From the NCBI RefSeq assembly GCF_018977255.1, contig NW_024704742.1:89840001-89904000 (forward strand): a DNA stretch of 64,000 bases. Direction: 5' to 3'. Each line of letters opens with the position of its first letter. The first letter of the stretch is position 1. Under the pieces are notes generated by a model. That model was given only the letters and a program-made list of their open reading frames with translations, had not been told where the DNA came from and did no database searches. Shown here in pieces: positions 24,606 to 37,321 of this stretch. The translations under genes and the position numbers were made by a program. This DNA is from Callorhinchus milii. Lineage: Eukaryota.

Positions 24606-25543
24606 ATGTAAGTGAACCTTACGACAGACAATTTGCCCATAATACAATGATGATTGAACCTAAGTGAGCTTGTTTTTATTTCTAATTGTGCAATACGAAT
24701 TGTCCACAGGAAGCATTTTTGTTTCCCCACCCACCTGTCCCTTACTTATTGCTTTTAAGTTACTAGTTTGTGTCTGCTTCCATTTGAAAAGACCAGCTCC
24801 TTTTAACACTTGAACAGAATTTGATTAGGTGCGTTTAGCTTCAGATGAAATCACAATTGAATTATTTGCCCTAAATCAACTTTAAATGTTGCGGAGTAAT
24901 TAATCAAATTAACATTAAAAGTAATTTCTGCCACATGGATGGTGAAAGTTCCTTTCTCATCAATAGAAAGTCAACTTAGCTCCATTGATAACAACGGCTA
25001 TGGGTTCAAGTTCCGGTTTGAGGACTTTGAGCTCCATGGTCCAGTCTGAACTCGAGTGTAGTGTTGGGAGAGCACTGCAGTGTGAGAGTGTTGAAGAATG
25101 TTTGACTCCATTGGTAAAAGGAAGGGATTTTTCTCCTGGAATTGATTTAAAACGTCCTCAGATAAAGTTAATTGCTGTTAGTGGACCATTGCTGTGCACA
25201 AATAGGCTGTCATGTTTGCTTATAAATAAATACATTCACTTATACTTCACAGTAACTGCTGTGATGCACATTAAGGCATTTACACTGAATCAATTGCAAG
25301 AAAGCTTACTGGAAGACTGATCCAAGTGCATCAGTTGCCTTTTATTTCTCCTATGTGGCAAATGCTCACGGTGGCTATTTGAATATGGGAGAAATGATAC
25401 CGGGGCCTGTTCTGATTGGCTGACATTATGGATGAGATCAGTTGACTTAGCAAAACCTGAGGTTTGCCCACAAGGTCATTGGATATTCTTTAAAAATCTG
25501 TTTTGTGTTTCCAAGATTGTTTTACTTTTTTTATTTCTGTTAG

Positions 25544-25592
25544 GAGTTCCTGTGGAAATGCTCAAGAACAACTTATTCAGAAACAGAAAGAG
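25544..25592 (+). CDS. HAUS6: HAUS6 exon 7
   Basis: SSCGNAQEQLIQKQKE. 49 nt, phase 2-0, restores the frame between exons 6 and 8. Confidence 0.72.
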
Positions 25593-26405
25593 GTTTGTTC
25601 AAACTTGTGTATTTGTGCATAATTGTATTTACTCCAGAAATATTTTTGAACAAATTGTGCTGACTACTTATGACAGATCCATTGTCCGAACATGTTAAGA
25701 ATCATTGGTATATAATTTATGTTTCTAAATCTTTATTTTGAACTGGCAGGCCAAGAATAATTAGAAAAAAGTTCCCTTTCCTAGTTTAAATTTTGTTTCA
25801 ATCGATATAATGTTTGAATGCATGTTATAATGTACATTATGTGGTTTATCTAGTCTTTTGACAGCAGGGAATGGGGAGGTTTCTTTGTTATAGAGACCAA
25901 CAGATGCGCTGAAATTCAGTTAAAAAGCAAATCTGTTTTTATTGAGCTATTATTGAAAATAAGGAATATAAACACGGGGCAATTCTGCTATACTCCTTGG
26001 TAAAGTGGAGCCACTTAGCACAGGTTTTTTTTGTGAAGCCATGGTCACTGAAAGTGTGGTATACTTCTGCTTTCCTGTGTTTTTTAAAAAAAAAACAGCT
26101 GGCTTCTGGTTATTCAGAATTGCTGCTTCACCTGAGCTTGAAGTGCTCATGATATCAGTGTGTAGAAATGATGGCAGCAGCTTCCAGTGCTCAGCAAGAG
26201 GTCAGCTTTTTTCCCCTTTTAACAAGACATCTGAGATATTGAATCAGGACAAATAAATGGGTTTTGTCCTTTACTATGCGGGAGTCTGCCCTAATATTTT
26301 TTTGCCCAGTTAGTGGTTGGTAATTTTTTATTTGGGCAGTATTTCTAGATATTTTTCAATGCATCTTGTTTTCAGTTAAATTTAAGGTTTGTCTCTTCCT
26401 CCCAG

Positions 26406-26579
26406 CTACAAGCGATGTGGAATGTGGTAATGGATACACTGTCTCAGTTGGAAAGAGAAACAGACGCTATAGAGTCTATAGTGAAAGGGAATGCAAACCG
26501 ATATACGCTTGATGGTACCAATGCCGCAATAAAAGTACCAAGACGATTGCTTCTTAAGGCTGAAGATGAAATGGATCAG
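26406..26579 (+). CDS. HAUS6: HAUS6 exon 8
   Basis: LQAMWNVVMDTLSQLERE...NRYTLDGTNAAIKVPRRLL. Donor GTGAGT. Confidence 0.93.
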
Positions 26580-26882
26580 GTGAGTAGTTTAGTCTCCTAC
26601 GGCTGACCTGTTTAATCAAAATATGTTTATTGAATACAAGTTGCTATGCTGAACAATGGGGTGGATTATTTGACATTTGTGTTGGATGGGCTGCTTTGAT
26701 AGATATTGAAAATGTCTTTATGAATGCATTTAAGGGCATGTGAAGTATTTTTGTGCCAATCACAAATGTAAATCTGTTACAAGTGAATAATTCCAATTTT
26801 GTAGCAAGTTACTGAGTGAATTCCTTCTGTAAAACATGTCCTTTTTGTAGCACTTTTATCTCAAATGTTTTTCTGTTTACAG

Positions 26883-27070
26883 ATTGGCAACCTGTATGAG
26901 GCTGGTAAACTAAGCATGAGAGCAATAATCCAGCTATGTAATTCGTCCCTCAAACTTTGTGAAAAGGAGTATCATCAAATTGGTACTGTAAAATTGGGAG
27001 CACATCATGATTACTTGAAAAGGGCGACAAAAATTCTGAAATGCGAACTTTCTGAAATGGAAGATAAAAG
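26883..27070 (+). CDS. HAUS6: HAUS6 exon 9
   Basis: IGNLYEAGKLSMRAIIQLCN... Donor GTATGT. Confidence 0.92.
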
Positions 27071-27566
27071 GTATGTGCCCTACCCTGGTATGGATATTTA
27101 GAATTGCAATTCTAATTCTCTGTCATGCTAATATGAACTATTTGCAAAGAGTTTCATCTTCATGTCACATTGAACATTTCAGCAAATATTTGGAGGTTTG
27201 GGGCATGGGGTGGGAAAGCAATGCCTGGTCTGAAGTATAAATGCTAAAACTAAGTATGAAGGCAAGGTCTCCAGGGAAATGTTAATGGTAAGCTTCAATA
27301 ATGTTATTATTTACTGCGTTTATTTACTGTTTATTTATTTACTGTGGTAAATTGCTTGAAACTTTTGCTACTTAATATACAAATGTAGGTTACATTTTCT
27401 CAACCATGTACTCCCTTGCACCTTCAAGACCCATCTCAAGACCCTCCTCTTCGATCGTGCTTTTGATCTCCCTGCTTCCACCCCTGCCCTCCACCCTCCC
27501 CTCGTTGTTGTTTAATATTAATTTAATATCATTCCTACTCTGTTCTATATGCGGACCTACCGGATA

Positions 27567-27865
27567 GGAGAGCTGTAGCTCAGTGGTTAGAGGACTCACC
27601 TCGCAAGCGAGACCTGAGTTCGATTCCCGAAGGGTGAAACCTTGGGCAAATTTCCTTACTTCACAAACCTGATAATAATCCCTCAAGAAATAAAAAAAAA
27701 CAATTTGGTCACTTCAATTCATGACTAGTTGTGGGACACTGCTGTGCGCAATTGGCTGCAGCATTTCACCCACAAATAGTCAATTCACTACAGTATATTC
27801 TGCAAAGCACTTTGAGATATCTAGAAGATGTGAAAAGCATAATATCGAATGCAAGGATTATTATT
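27567..27865 (+). mobile_element. tRNA-derived Deu-domain SINE
   Basis: tagctcagtggttagag / gagttcgattccc boxes and family tail. Confidence 0.82.
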
Positions 27866-28483
27866 TCTGCCACAGTGTTGAAGTACTCACGCAGTTTAAT
27901 AGCACAAGCTCAATAATTGCAGTTACAGCTTTTCACCAATCACTGAGGCAGAAAGCTAAGAAGACTATCGTATACCAAGTTGGGTTCAGCAAATCGGAAT
28001 TCTGGTTATGTGTAATTACAATGCCTGGTACTGGCATTTTTCAGCGCCGTCTTATTTTAGTGCCGGTAACGACATTGTAATAGTTTGAATTCCCATATAG
28101 GCAATTTCTGCTCACAAAATTTAAACTCATTCAAAGTCTATCCCTGGTCACTGAAGGCCAAAAAGGACTGTGAGGCAGAGGCGTGCGCTGGGAGAGTGGG
28201 CTGGCAAGAGTACACAAGGACCGCAGAAAATTATTGTAATTTTTCAATTTTGGGCCTGATCCGGAAGGATTGAATTCTGGATGTTTGGAGTCCAGTAAGC
28301 CAGGGTTTACTGTATGGCTAAAACCTTGATGAGTAGTGTCGTGATCAGCAGCTAATTAATTCTGAATAGGTTTGCAATTAAACTAATTGGATATAAACAC
28401 CCCGCAACGTTACTGATCAAATATAGCTGATCACTGGAAATAAGCACATGAACTGATCTTTACACTAAATATTCTTGTAACAG

Positions 28484-28613
28484 CCAGAAGATAACAGAAA
28501 TCGTTGTCCCTTCTATAAAACTCTCAATTACCAAGATGGAAAATGCCTGGGATAAAAAATGGGAGCAGTATCTGAGCAGAACTGGCTTTTCTCCTGTGAA
28601 GAAAAAGTATCCT
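28484..28613 (+). CDS. HAUS6: HAUS6 exon 10
   Basis: QKITEIVVPSIKLSITKMENAWDKKWEQYLSRTGFSPVKKKYP. Confidence 0.9.
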
Positions 28614-28734
28614 GTAAGTAATAACATCTTACTAATTTTGTGGGGAAAGGGGATTATTTGTGCACTTAGACAAAACTATTTTCTGCCAATATATTGCTAT
28701 TCTAATGTGTATAATAATGACTGTTATAGTTAAT

Positions 28735-28875
28735 TTGTTCTGACGAAGGGTCGTGGACCCGAAATGTTGATTCACTTTCCTTTCTCCATAGATGCTGCCT
28801 GACCTGCTGAGTGTTCCCAGTGACTTCTGTTTTTGTTTCAGATTTCCAGCATCTGCAGTGTTTTGCGTTTTGTTT
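28735..28875 (+). mobile_element. Penelope-like terminal fragment with hammerhead core
   Basis: ttCTGACGAagggtcgtggacccGAAAtgttga...gatgctgcctgacctgctgag. Homolog of 3011-3150. Confidence 0.65.
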
Positions 28876-29240
28876 ATAGTTAACTTCAGTGTTTGAAATA
28901 GCTACTTTTTTTTAGCTCTCCAAATGGTTTGTTGTGAAGAATGCTAGCTTATTAACCATAATGTTACTAATTGATGTGTGCTTAGTCAGGTTAAACATAG
29001 GTGGAAAATGGCATGTTGAAGGCTTGTTTCGGGGCAGGTGGAGCCATACAACTTAAATTCATGAACAATAGCCTTTGAGACAAATGGCTGATGACTTGCA
29101 GTTGTGCTAAAGTTACAGTACTTCAAAAGTTTCAGTACTTTATGCTTTTGACCATTGATCAAGAAGATGATTTAGATGAGGTAAGATATGGGAATTCTGA
29201 ACACATCTGGCCATTTAATTAAACATGTAATCTTTTATAG

Positions 29241-29343
29241 GTTCTTGATCTTCTTCCGGTCATGCCAGCATGGTCTTTTGAAGCAGCTTCAGAAGAAGTT
29301 TACAAAAACAGCGTGTTTTGTTCCTATCCTGCATTGCTTCCTG
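29241..29343 (+). CDS. HAUS6: HAUS6 exon 11
   Basis: VLDLLPVMPAWSFEAASEEVYKNSVFCSYPALLP. Confidence 0.93.
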
Positions 29344-30088
29344 GTAAGTTGTGACTACAAAATTAATTGTGCAACGTGTAGCAATTCCAAACACTTTGTT
29401 TTCCTTCAAGAATTAGGTTTTGAGATCCAGTTTGCATCTAGAACAGGGATGGTGATCTTTAGTTCCATTTTTATTGGATCAATTCCAAAAATTGGTACAT
29501 TTTAATGATGTTGGCCCTCAAATCTGGCATATTCAATCCTTGCCTTTTCTACTCCCTTACTAATTTCTGAGATGCTCAACTTTTTAAGGTTTTAACATTA
29601 GCTTTAGGACTACTTTAATGAAATTGTAATCAATTGTAAGATTTAATATTTGTTTTATTTTTCACAGTGGGAGGTTAAATGCTACTTGACAGTGCGATGG
29701 GTTGGGAAGTGATTGATTTTATTGTTAGCATTGCATGGTTGAGTTTTTTTAAACAAGAAATCATCATTCATATTCATTCATACTGTGGATCTTTAAAGCG
29801 ATAGTATGATCTATTTGCCCTGATCACTTCTTGTGCTCATTGTTTGCCATTCTCTTTTCTGACTTTCCCTATTTGTTGAAATATTACTTTTAAGTTGTAA
29901 TTTTTTGTATGTATCGAGAATGTAGAGGAAATTGGACTAAATACAATACAACCTTTTGAAAGACGTAATTCAAACTTGTGTTATTTAGAGAATGACTTGT
30001 ATTTTCTAAACAGTGTGGTTAAATTTAAGTTACTAACATTGAAAATATCTTATTCAAACCTGCATCATTTTGGACATTCTTTTGACAG

Positions 30089-30200
30089 TTTCTCCTGAAA
30101 AAACGAGAGCAAGAGATTCAAAAAAAGATGACTATTGTATAACTAGCCTTTCACAGAGGTTTAGTCATCAAAACTCATTAAAATCACTCTTCTCTCAAAG
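30089..30200 (+). CDS. HAUS6: HAUS6 exon 12
   Basis: SPEKTRARDSKKDD...SLFSQ. Phase 1-2 fits. The sequence is divergent. Confidence 0.7.
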
Positions 30201-30519
30201 GTATGTTGTCTTGTATCCCAGCATTGTTTTTAAGAACAAATTTATTTGTGTCAGCAAACTGCTAAAACCATCCCTGTTTGCTTAAAGAATTGAGAAGTTT
30301 GATTTTTTTTCTTTCAAGACGTTTTTCCTTTTGAGCTTAGAATGTTCAAAGTTTATACCCATTCAGTATGTCCATTTGCACAAAGCTATAGCTTACAGGA
30401 TCTGAAATCCAGCCGCAACTGCTTAAGGATGCTGGCTCAATCGCCTATTCACTGTTTTGCATGAAACTAAACCTAGATCCTGAATATTCCAGAGATGTGT
30501 CCTGTGTTTAATTGGTTAA

Positions 30520-30785
30520 CCATTGGCAGATGGGCCTTCAACCACTCTGCCCCCACCCTTTGGAACTCCATGCTGCAGTCCCTTTGCCTCTCCCCCTTCC
30601 TTTCCTCCTTCAAGACTCGTCTCAAGACCCTCTTCTTCGACCGTACCTTTGGTCACCCACCTTCCCCCACTGCCCTCCATATTCCCCGATCCTGACCCCC
30701 AGTTCAGGTCTGAAACACTGACTGTCCAGCGACTGTGCAATCCTTCTGACTTGAAAGGCCCTATACAAATGTAATTTTGCTGTTG
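30520..30785 (+). mobile_element. L2 3' end
   Basis: TIGRWAFNHSAPTLWNS followed by the tail. Confidence 0.75.
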
Positions 30786-30982
30786 TAACCTCAAAGCAGG
30801 GCAAGGTTTGCAGTTCCTTAAGATGTATATTAGAAACTACGGTAACTTTATTAGTGTATTGATTCTCTTTGCTCAGATCTTACAAAATCCAGTCACTAGA
30901 CTTTACAGTAAAATTGATTTGAGGCGTCTTAAAGTGCTATGGTGATATAATCAAATGCAAAGATTATTTATTATTCTTGTAT

Positions 30983-31114
30983 TGGGAGGCTGATACGCAA
31001 TTGGAGCCAAGTCTACTCCAGTTGTCGCTTATTTCTCCCTAGAGTAAAATGAGCCTTCTGATGACCGAGTCGAATTGAGAGAAATTGGAGCGGACAGATA
31101 CGAGGCTAACATTA
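30983..31114 (+). ncRNA. SCARNA8: H/ACA small Cajal-body RNA SCARNA8 (U92), guide for U2 snRNA pseudouridines 34 and 44
   Basis: Begins TGGGAGGCTGATAC like the human RNA as I recall it. H box AGAGTA at 31041-46, CAB box TGAG at 31076-79, ACA at 31109-11. Guides GATAC/CGCTT and CTGATGA/ACAGATAC are complementary to U2 GUAUC/AAGUG and UUAUCAG/GUAUCUGU. Intronic in HAUS6, as in human. Confidence 0.92.
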
Positions 31115-31719
31115 TTATTTAATAGAAGTGTTGTGCTAACGCAGAAATCTGATGTTATTCTAAAAAAAGCTATTGCAGTAGCTCAAATATTTGTTGCATT
31201 AGAAAAGTTAGTTAAGCAAAGCTTATTTTGTGCAAATTCTCTTTGGACTGATCTCTTCCAAAGGAGTATCAATGCTGAGGACTTGATTTCTGTATAACTT
31301 TTTTCTTGCATAGACCGAGGCAGTCACTCTTTGTTATTGGTGATTTTATGTACCACCCGCATCTTCAGTTATGCAGCAGGTTTTATTCTTCTTGGAAATA
31401 ATAAATTCATGTTGAATTACACTTTGTTAATGTACCAAATAGTGCAGGTCTGCTAATATCCTTGCATTTGCTATTGCTTCACACCATCTCACGGGGTTTC
31501 ACAGTAATTACTCACAGTACTAAATGTATTTGTGGATTAAGGCAGCAGCTATTTTGTGCAGAGTAGTGATCCACAAACAGACAGGGTCTATCAATTTAAT
31601 TAGAGAATTCTTGGGCAGCATACTGGGGAAAAAAATCACTTTTCTATTTGAATAATGTTCTTCCTTTTATGTATTCTTCAACTGTTGTAATTTCTTATTC
31701 CAAGCTTTTAATCTTGCAG

Positions 31720-31774
31720 GTTGATTGCACATCCTGTAGATCCAACAGAAGAGCGTTTTCAATGTCTTATGGAG
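31720..31774 (+). CDS. HAUS6: HAUS6 exon 13
   Basis: LIAHPVDPTEERFQCLME. Strong acceptor and GTAAGC donor. Phase 2-0 links exons 12 and 14. Confidence 0.65.
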
Positions 31775-31910
31775 GTAAGCAACGCATCCTCCACACTACT
31801 TTGATTTTTAATGGTTTAAAAACAGTTGCATAACATATTGATTGTGTGGTATCAATGAACCCATCTATGCAATGATCTATATTAATCCTGATGTAAAAAT
31901 TAATTCTTAG

Positions 31911-32099
31911 AACATCACTGAAATGCCAGTTACAAGTTCGCAGCTTCATGGATATGAACCTCTGACTCCGTATTTGAAAGAGATGGAAATAGAACAGAAG
32001 GATGAAACTCCACATTCAGTGTGCTTGAAGAAAACTAAAGACGCTCTTAAGAAAAGAGATGATCTGTTTCAGAAGGCGAGTGATCAATTGGCAGAGGAG
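31911..32099 (+). CDS. HAUS6: HAUS6 exon 14
   Basis: NITEMPV...LKKRDDLFQKASDQLAEE, comparable to KKSDPFQKEQDHLVEE. Confidence 0.85.
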
Positions 32100-32666
32100 G
32101 TTAGTAAGCTTATTGTTCTTTGTACGCAAATGAAACAAAATCGCTTCCTCAGTCCTATTGTGACCACCATTCCTGATAATTCTAGATTAAATAGCTTAAC
32201 ACAATGGAAAGTACAACGTTTTGTGCACATAATGCTGCAGACAGTCTTAAGTTTTTGATTGGCTGGGGAGACTAGCAAGGAAGGCAAATCCTAAATGCAA
32301 TGAAAAGAGCTATGTCAATTTGGATCTGGCATCACTGAAAATCTGCATAAATTATACGCAGAAATGTCTCATAAATAGCCATGAAGTTAGTGATCAATTT
32401 TCCTGAGGGATTGTTGACCAGCACACTTGGAGAAACTCCCTTTTCTTTTCAAGTTGTGCCAAGGGATATTTATCATTCACCTCAACAGGCAGATGTGACC
32501 TTGTTGTAATATGTATCTGAGTAGTGAGGATAAACAATTTTTTCTCTTGATGCTAGGTGTAACTTCATTATTTGGTTAGACTATTTTAATTCCATTGGTT
32601 CTTGTGCCTCTATGAATCGGTTTCAAGATTGAAGTACTCATCACTGAATGAATTTTTATTCTACAG

Positions 32667-32802
32667 GTCGCCAATGCAATTGCTGCTGATTCACCTCAGT
32701 CATCTGAGCCAAAAGGTATGGCGCTGGACAAAATATTTGAGTCTATATTGACGGACCCCTTTGTGACACGAGCAGAGCTACCGAGAACACCAGAAAATTT
32801 GA
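32667..32802 (+). CDS. HAUS6: HAUS6 exon 15
   Basis: VANAIAADSPQSSEPKG...DPFVTRAELPRTPENL. Confidence 0.94.
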
Positions 32803-33352
32803 GTAAGTTCAAGGGACATTCTTGTTGAATGTTTTACTGACACTTGGGACTTGTTAAGTTACCTTTTTGTAATACTGAGAAACTAGCCAAATGTTCCCAT
32901 TAATTTAATGGTATTTCTTTGAACCGTTTTGCCATCAGAAGAATCATTGAAACTTGCGGCACAGAAGGCCATTTGATGCACTGAGTCTGCACTCTTACTC
33001 AGAGCAAGCTGTTCATTCAGTTTCACTGCTCTGCACTCAAGCCTTTAGCTTTCATATCTATCTACTTGCCTCTTGAAACCCACAATGGACTCTGCCTCTA
33101 CCACCTTTCTTGGCATCCCAGCAATTCTCCGTTTGTAATTTCTGCTTAGTACACAGTACAAGAAATCATGGTAGGAACTTGAAGCCAATTGGAAATTGTA
33201 ATTAAACGCAATGAAGACTTGGAATCATCCAAGAAAAAAATTCTATTGCTTATTACTGATCCTTTTTCAAAGCTATACTGATGTTTTATTGTAATCGTGT
33301 TTTCTGTTTTTACTCATTTTAAATGCTTACNTTTTTTGTGTTGCGGCCCTAG

Positions 33353-34672
33353 TTACAGACATCAAGATGTCCTGGAGATGTGCAGTTCAGGAGACTGAGC
33401 GTGAACAAGAGAAACTCCTAAATGAGATGCCATCTTCACCTACAACACCTGATGATTGTGGCGAAATTCCTATTTTGTTGCCAGAAGAGTCTCCAACTCC
33501 CACATCAAAAAATGTTTCCGATTGGCCTACAAATGAAGGAAACATTTCCCTGAATTCTGCTGAAATTCTGGATACGAAGCAAAGTTGTTATAATTCACCG
33601 GATAGAAAAAAGGTGCCATCGGTGTGGTCAAGTTACTGTCTTTTGGATGAGAACACCTCATCTTTTGAAAAAGAAGTGATTAATTTAGGATATCTCTTGC
33701 CCAAAACAAATGAGAATGGGAATAGGAACGTGTTTCCCAAAGCAGATGTTGAATGGAGGAGCAAAGCAGTGGGTTCTTTAGATAACAGCAAAGGATCAAA
33801 CATCTGTTGCTCGGGCCTTGGATCAGAAGATATATTTGATTATTTCTCTTCTGGCAGTACATGTAACTATGCAGATCATGAGTTGAGTAAAGAACCCACC
33901 ATGGCTTTCAAACCTCAAATGTCAGATTCTGGGGAAGATTATGCCTGCAAATTGCTTAAAAATAATCTTGCTAGAAGTTTAATTTCAGGAAATGAGGCAA
34001 ATCCTGACCAGTGTTTTTCATTTTTGAACCTTACAAAATCAAATCTGAACTCTCCCATTAAGAAGGAGAAACTGTCAAAATGTGTTGCAGTGGAAATCTA
34101 CAAGAAGTTTGCAGCTTTTGAGAACTCTGGATCCTCTTCGTCTCTTGGTACAGAATCTGACTTGCAGGATACATTGCCATGGAATGAATCTCAAAGGCTT
34201 TCTGGTGATGGTGAAGATGGTGGAATTTTACAAGAGACCATTCCAGATGAGCATGGAAATGAAAGTTGGAACAGTCCTATAAATGTGAATACTGATCAAG
34301 TCAATACTTGTGGGACATTCAAATCAGACCTACAAGCTCTACAGAGTAGATATAATCGGCTGCGGAAGACTTGTTTGGGTACAAATACTATATATGGTGC
34401 AAACCAGGAGCAATGTTTAACTGAAAATGCTGAAGCAGTTCAATTTGATAGTAAAGATGAAAGTGAATTAGGGCTTGATGATGTAGACTATTATGATAAT
34501 TTGGGGTCAATAGATAAACGTGATTCTGTGGATAAATGCTTCTTCCTGGATCAGAATTTCTTGAGGACTCCTTCACCAGTATCTTCACAACATCAAATTC
34601 CATCTCTTGGTTTATTTCTATTGAATGACTCTGTTCCTGAAGATGAATTTTATAAGATCCAGCTATTAGAGA
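33353..34672 (+). CDS. HAUS6: HAUS6 exon 16 (large, 1320 nt)
   Basis: ITDIKMSWRCAV...GILQETIPDE...DLQALQSRYNRLRK. Donor GTAAGT at 34673. Confidence 0.9.
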
Positions 34673-35469
34673 GTAAGTATAGGGATTTGCTTTTAATATA
34701 CAATTAGCACTGTTCAGCAATAAATCATTTAATGTTATTGAAGGTAAGTGGAACTTTATTTTGGGGTAAGCTGTCAAATCCTATTTAGAAGGAAAAGGTT
34801 CAAACTGCTGCTGGTTGGGTTATTCTCTGAATGATGGGTACATCGATCAAAGGAATCCTTATCAGCGCATTTGATATAGTGTTTGTCTGGCAAGGAAGTA
34901 AGCTTTAAATTCTTGAAATGCAGGGAGGCAAGTAATTAGGAGTTTTTTCTCTCTTGACTTCAAATGGTTGATGTACATGAAAGCATGTTTTTATGTGTGG
35001 AGAGAATATGGTTTGACTCACTAAAGTGCAATTCTAGTGTAATCCTTTTTCTATTTTCTGTAACACAGTAATGGTTAAGGGCTAGAAATGTTGCATATAG
35101 TTTTAACTGATCAACTGAACCACTTGATGTCTTCCAGTCCCAGATTCCAATCCGCCATATTGTAAGAGTGCTAAGTACACTTGGTCTGGTCATTCAGAAT
35201 ATCAACTTTATTTAGTGTCTAGTATGTCACAGACCAGGAGTAAATGGACAATGCATTAAATGTGTTTGGGAATCAATTTCACATTCACTTTGGGGCATTT
35301 AATTTTATACTAATACCCCTTAGCTATACCCTCGCGCACCGAGTCAAATAGCCTGCTTACATCTAATAATGCGTTTCTCATTTTAAGACTTTGTCGTGCC
35401 TTCTCAGTCATTTGTTTTCTGAAGAGATGTGAATGAGCTGAGTATTCTATACAACTTGCATTTATATGT

Positions 35470-35915
35470 GGAGTCCTGTAGCTTAGTGGCTAGAGCGCTC
35501 GCTTCGCAAGCAAGAAACCTGAGTTCTATTCCTGACAGGGCGAAATGTTGGGAAGTTTTCTTATTCCATATGCCTATTTACCTAGGGGTAAGGAGGACCC
35601 TGGTTTTCAGTCAATTGGCGGATCATTTTTCTGGGGGTAATCCTTCAAAAAAAAGCATAATAATTTGGTCACTCAATCCACAACTGTTTGTTCATGCCTA
35701 GGGTTACCTAGTAGTAAGTAGAAACCTGGTTATTAGTTGATTGGTGGATCATGTTTTCGGGGTTAATAATCTCTATAAGAAAAAAGGTTTGGTTACTCAA
35801 TCCATGACTGTTTACGGGACAATGCTGTGTGTCTAATTGACTCTCAAAATTCGGCCACAAAATATACAGTATAATCTGAAATGCTTTGAGAAGTCTTGAC
35901 ATGAAGAGGTGCTGT
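35470..35915 (+). mobile_element. Deu-domain SINE with partial internal duplication
   Basis: The head is at 35470 and the body is repeated from about 35705. Confidence 0.7.
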
Positions 35916-36280
35916 ACTTCCCAGTACTACATTGGGATGTCAACATAGACTATGATCTCAATGTCCCAGGGGTTGCCTGAACTCACAAACGTCTGACTTG
36001 GAGGTGAAAGTACTATCAGACTTCTATAGGAGACTTTCATATAAGAAAACATCAAAGTGCTTCACAGAAATTGAGTGGGAGCCCCAGCTGGATGGGTGAA
36101 TGATGGGGTGAGAGGGTGGTGACTGAGTGCAGTGTTTTCTTTCCCGAAGTCTTAACATTCAAGAAAGTAAACCATTTTCAGCCATTAGAATGCTTACTTA
36201 TTACAAGATATGGGTGATATTGCACGTATGCTATTGTGTCAGTACAGTAATTCTAATCATTTTTGTATAATTTATTTCAG

Positions 36281-36375
36281 AAAAAGAACCACAAAGGAAG
36301 TGTACTTCCAGCTGTGAAAATTCTGTATATGAAGATACTCTTCCAGATGGAGTGGAACAGTTAATAAACTTTTGA
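36281..36375 (+). CDS. HAUS6: HAUS6 exon 17 (terminal)
   Basis: Strong acceptor tttatttcag. KEPQRKCTS...VEQLINF* is in frame with exon 16. Candidate AATAAA at 36565 and 36918. Confidence 0.72.
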
Positions 36376-37321
36376 TGCACTTAATTTGTACATATTGTAC
36401 ATTCTAATTTACATAAGGTAGTGACTAATCACAGTATTAAGAACATTCCAATACCTTTAAATCTTATGAACTTCATCTTTGAGGACCTTTTCACTTCTCT
36501 GGTTCAAATCAGCCAAGATGGATGAGTACTTTACAAATTCCTTATCCGGATTACCAAGGGCCTAAATAAAATCGTTTGTGACTTATTCTGTTCACTGCAT
36601 GGTCCTCTAAGGCACTGATCTGCCCATAAATTAGAGATAATTGTTTTTTTGAGAAATAAGAGAATCAGTGGGGTACAGTGGAGGCTGTTTGGATTAAGGC
36701 ATGCATCTAGGGCAGACTGTTTTACCTAATTTGATGCTGTATTCTGGCACTATCTAGAGCAAGTGGAAATGTTCTTTCTATTCCTTGATGTTGACATTAT
36801 TTGCCTTAAGCAACAGATTTGTTCCAAAATTAACAGTCTTCTGGTTAGCCTCTAATTCACTCTTGAATTGCTAAACTATTGTTTTTATCTAATTGTACGT
36901 ATCATTATGCTGTTTGTAATAAAGTAATGTAATATGGAAAATGACTCTTTATATGCAAAGAAGAATTACTGCATTCTAACCTCCTTTTTGTATATCTGAA
37001 TACTCTGGCTTCTTGTCCCACTAAGTTTTATTTATAATTGTTAAGAATCCATTGCTCAAGTGTTTTGGGTGAAGTGTATTTTGGTTGCAATGGATGATGC
37101 AAACCGATACAAAATGTAATTACAAAATACATTCTCACTAGACAGAAATCTGTTCCTAATTAGTTCAACTTCAATTGGTCTTGAGTGTGAAAGTGGTGTC
37201 ATTCCCAAATTAATTGCATCTTTATTTTTCTAGAATTGTACCTCCAATCTCTTCTACTGTTGGAACATCAGCTTTTCCCTAATCTGGTGCATAAAGGCAA
37301 TACAAGTTCAAATTCTAACCT

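Noticed and set aside
33367..34707. Stand-alone 446-aa gene
   Set aside because: It is HAUS6 exon 16, bounded by an acceptor at 33352 and a donor at 34673.
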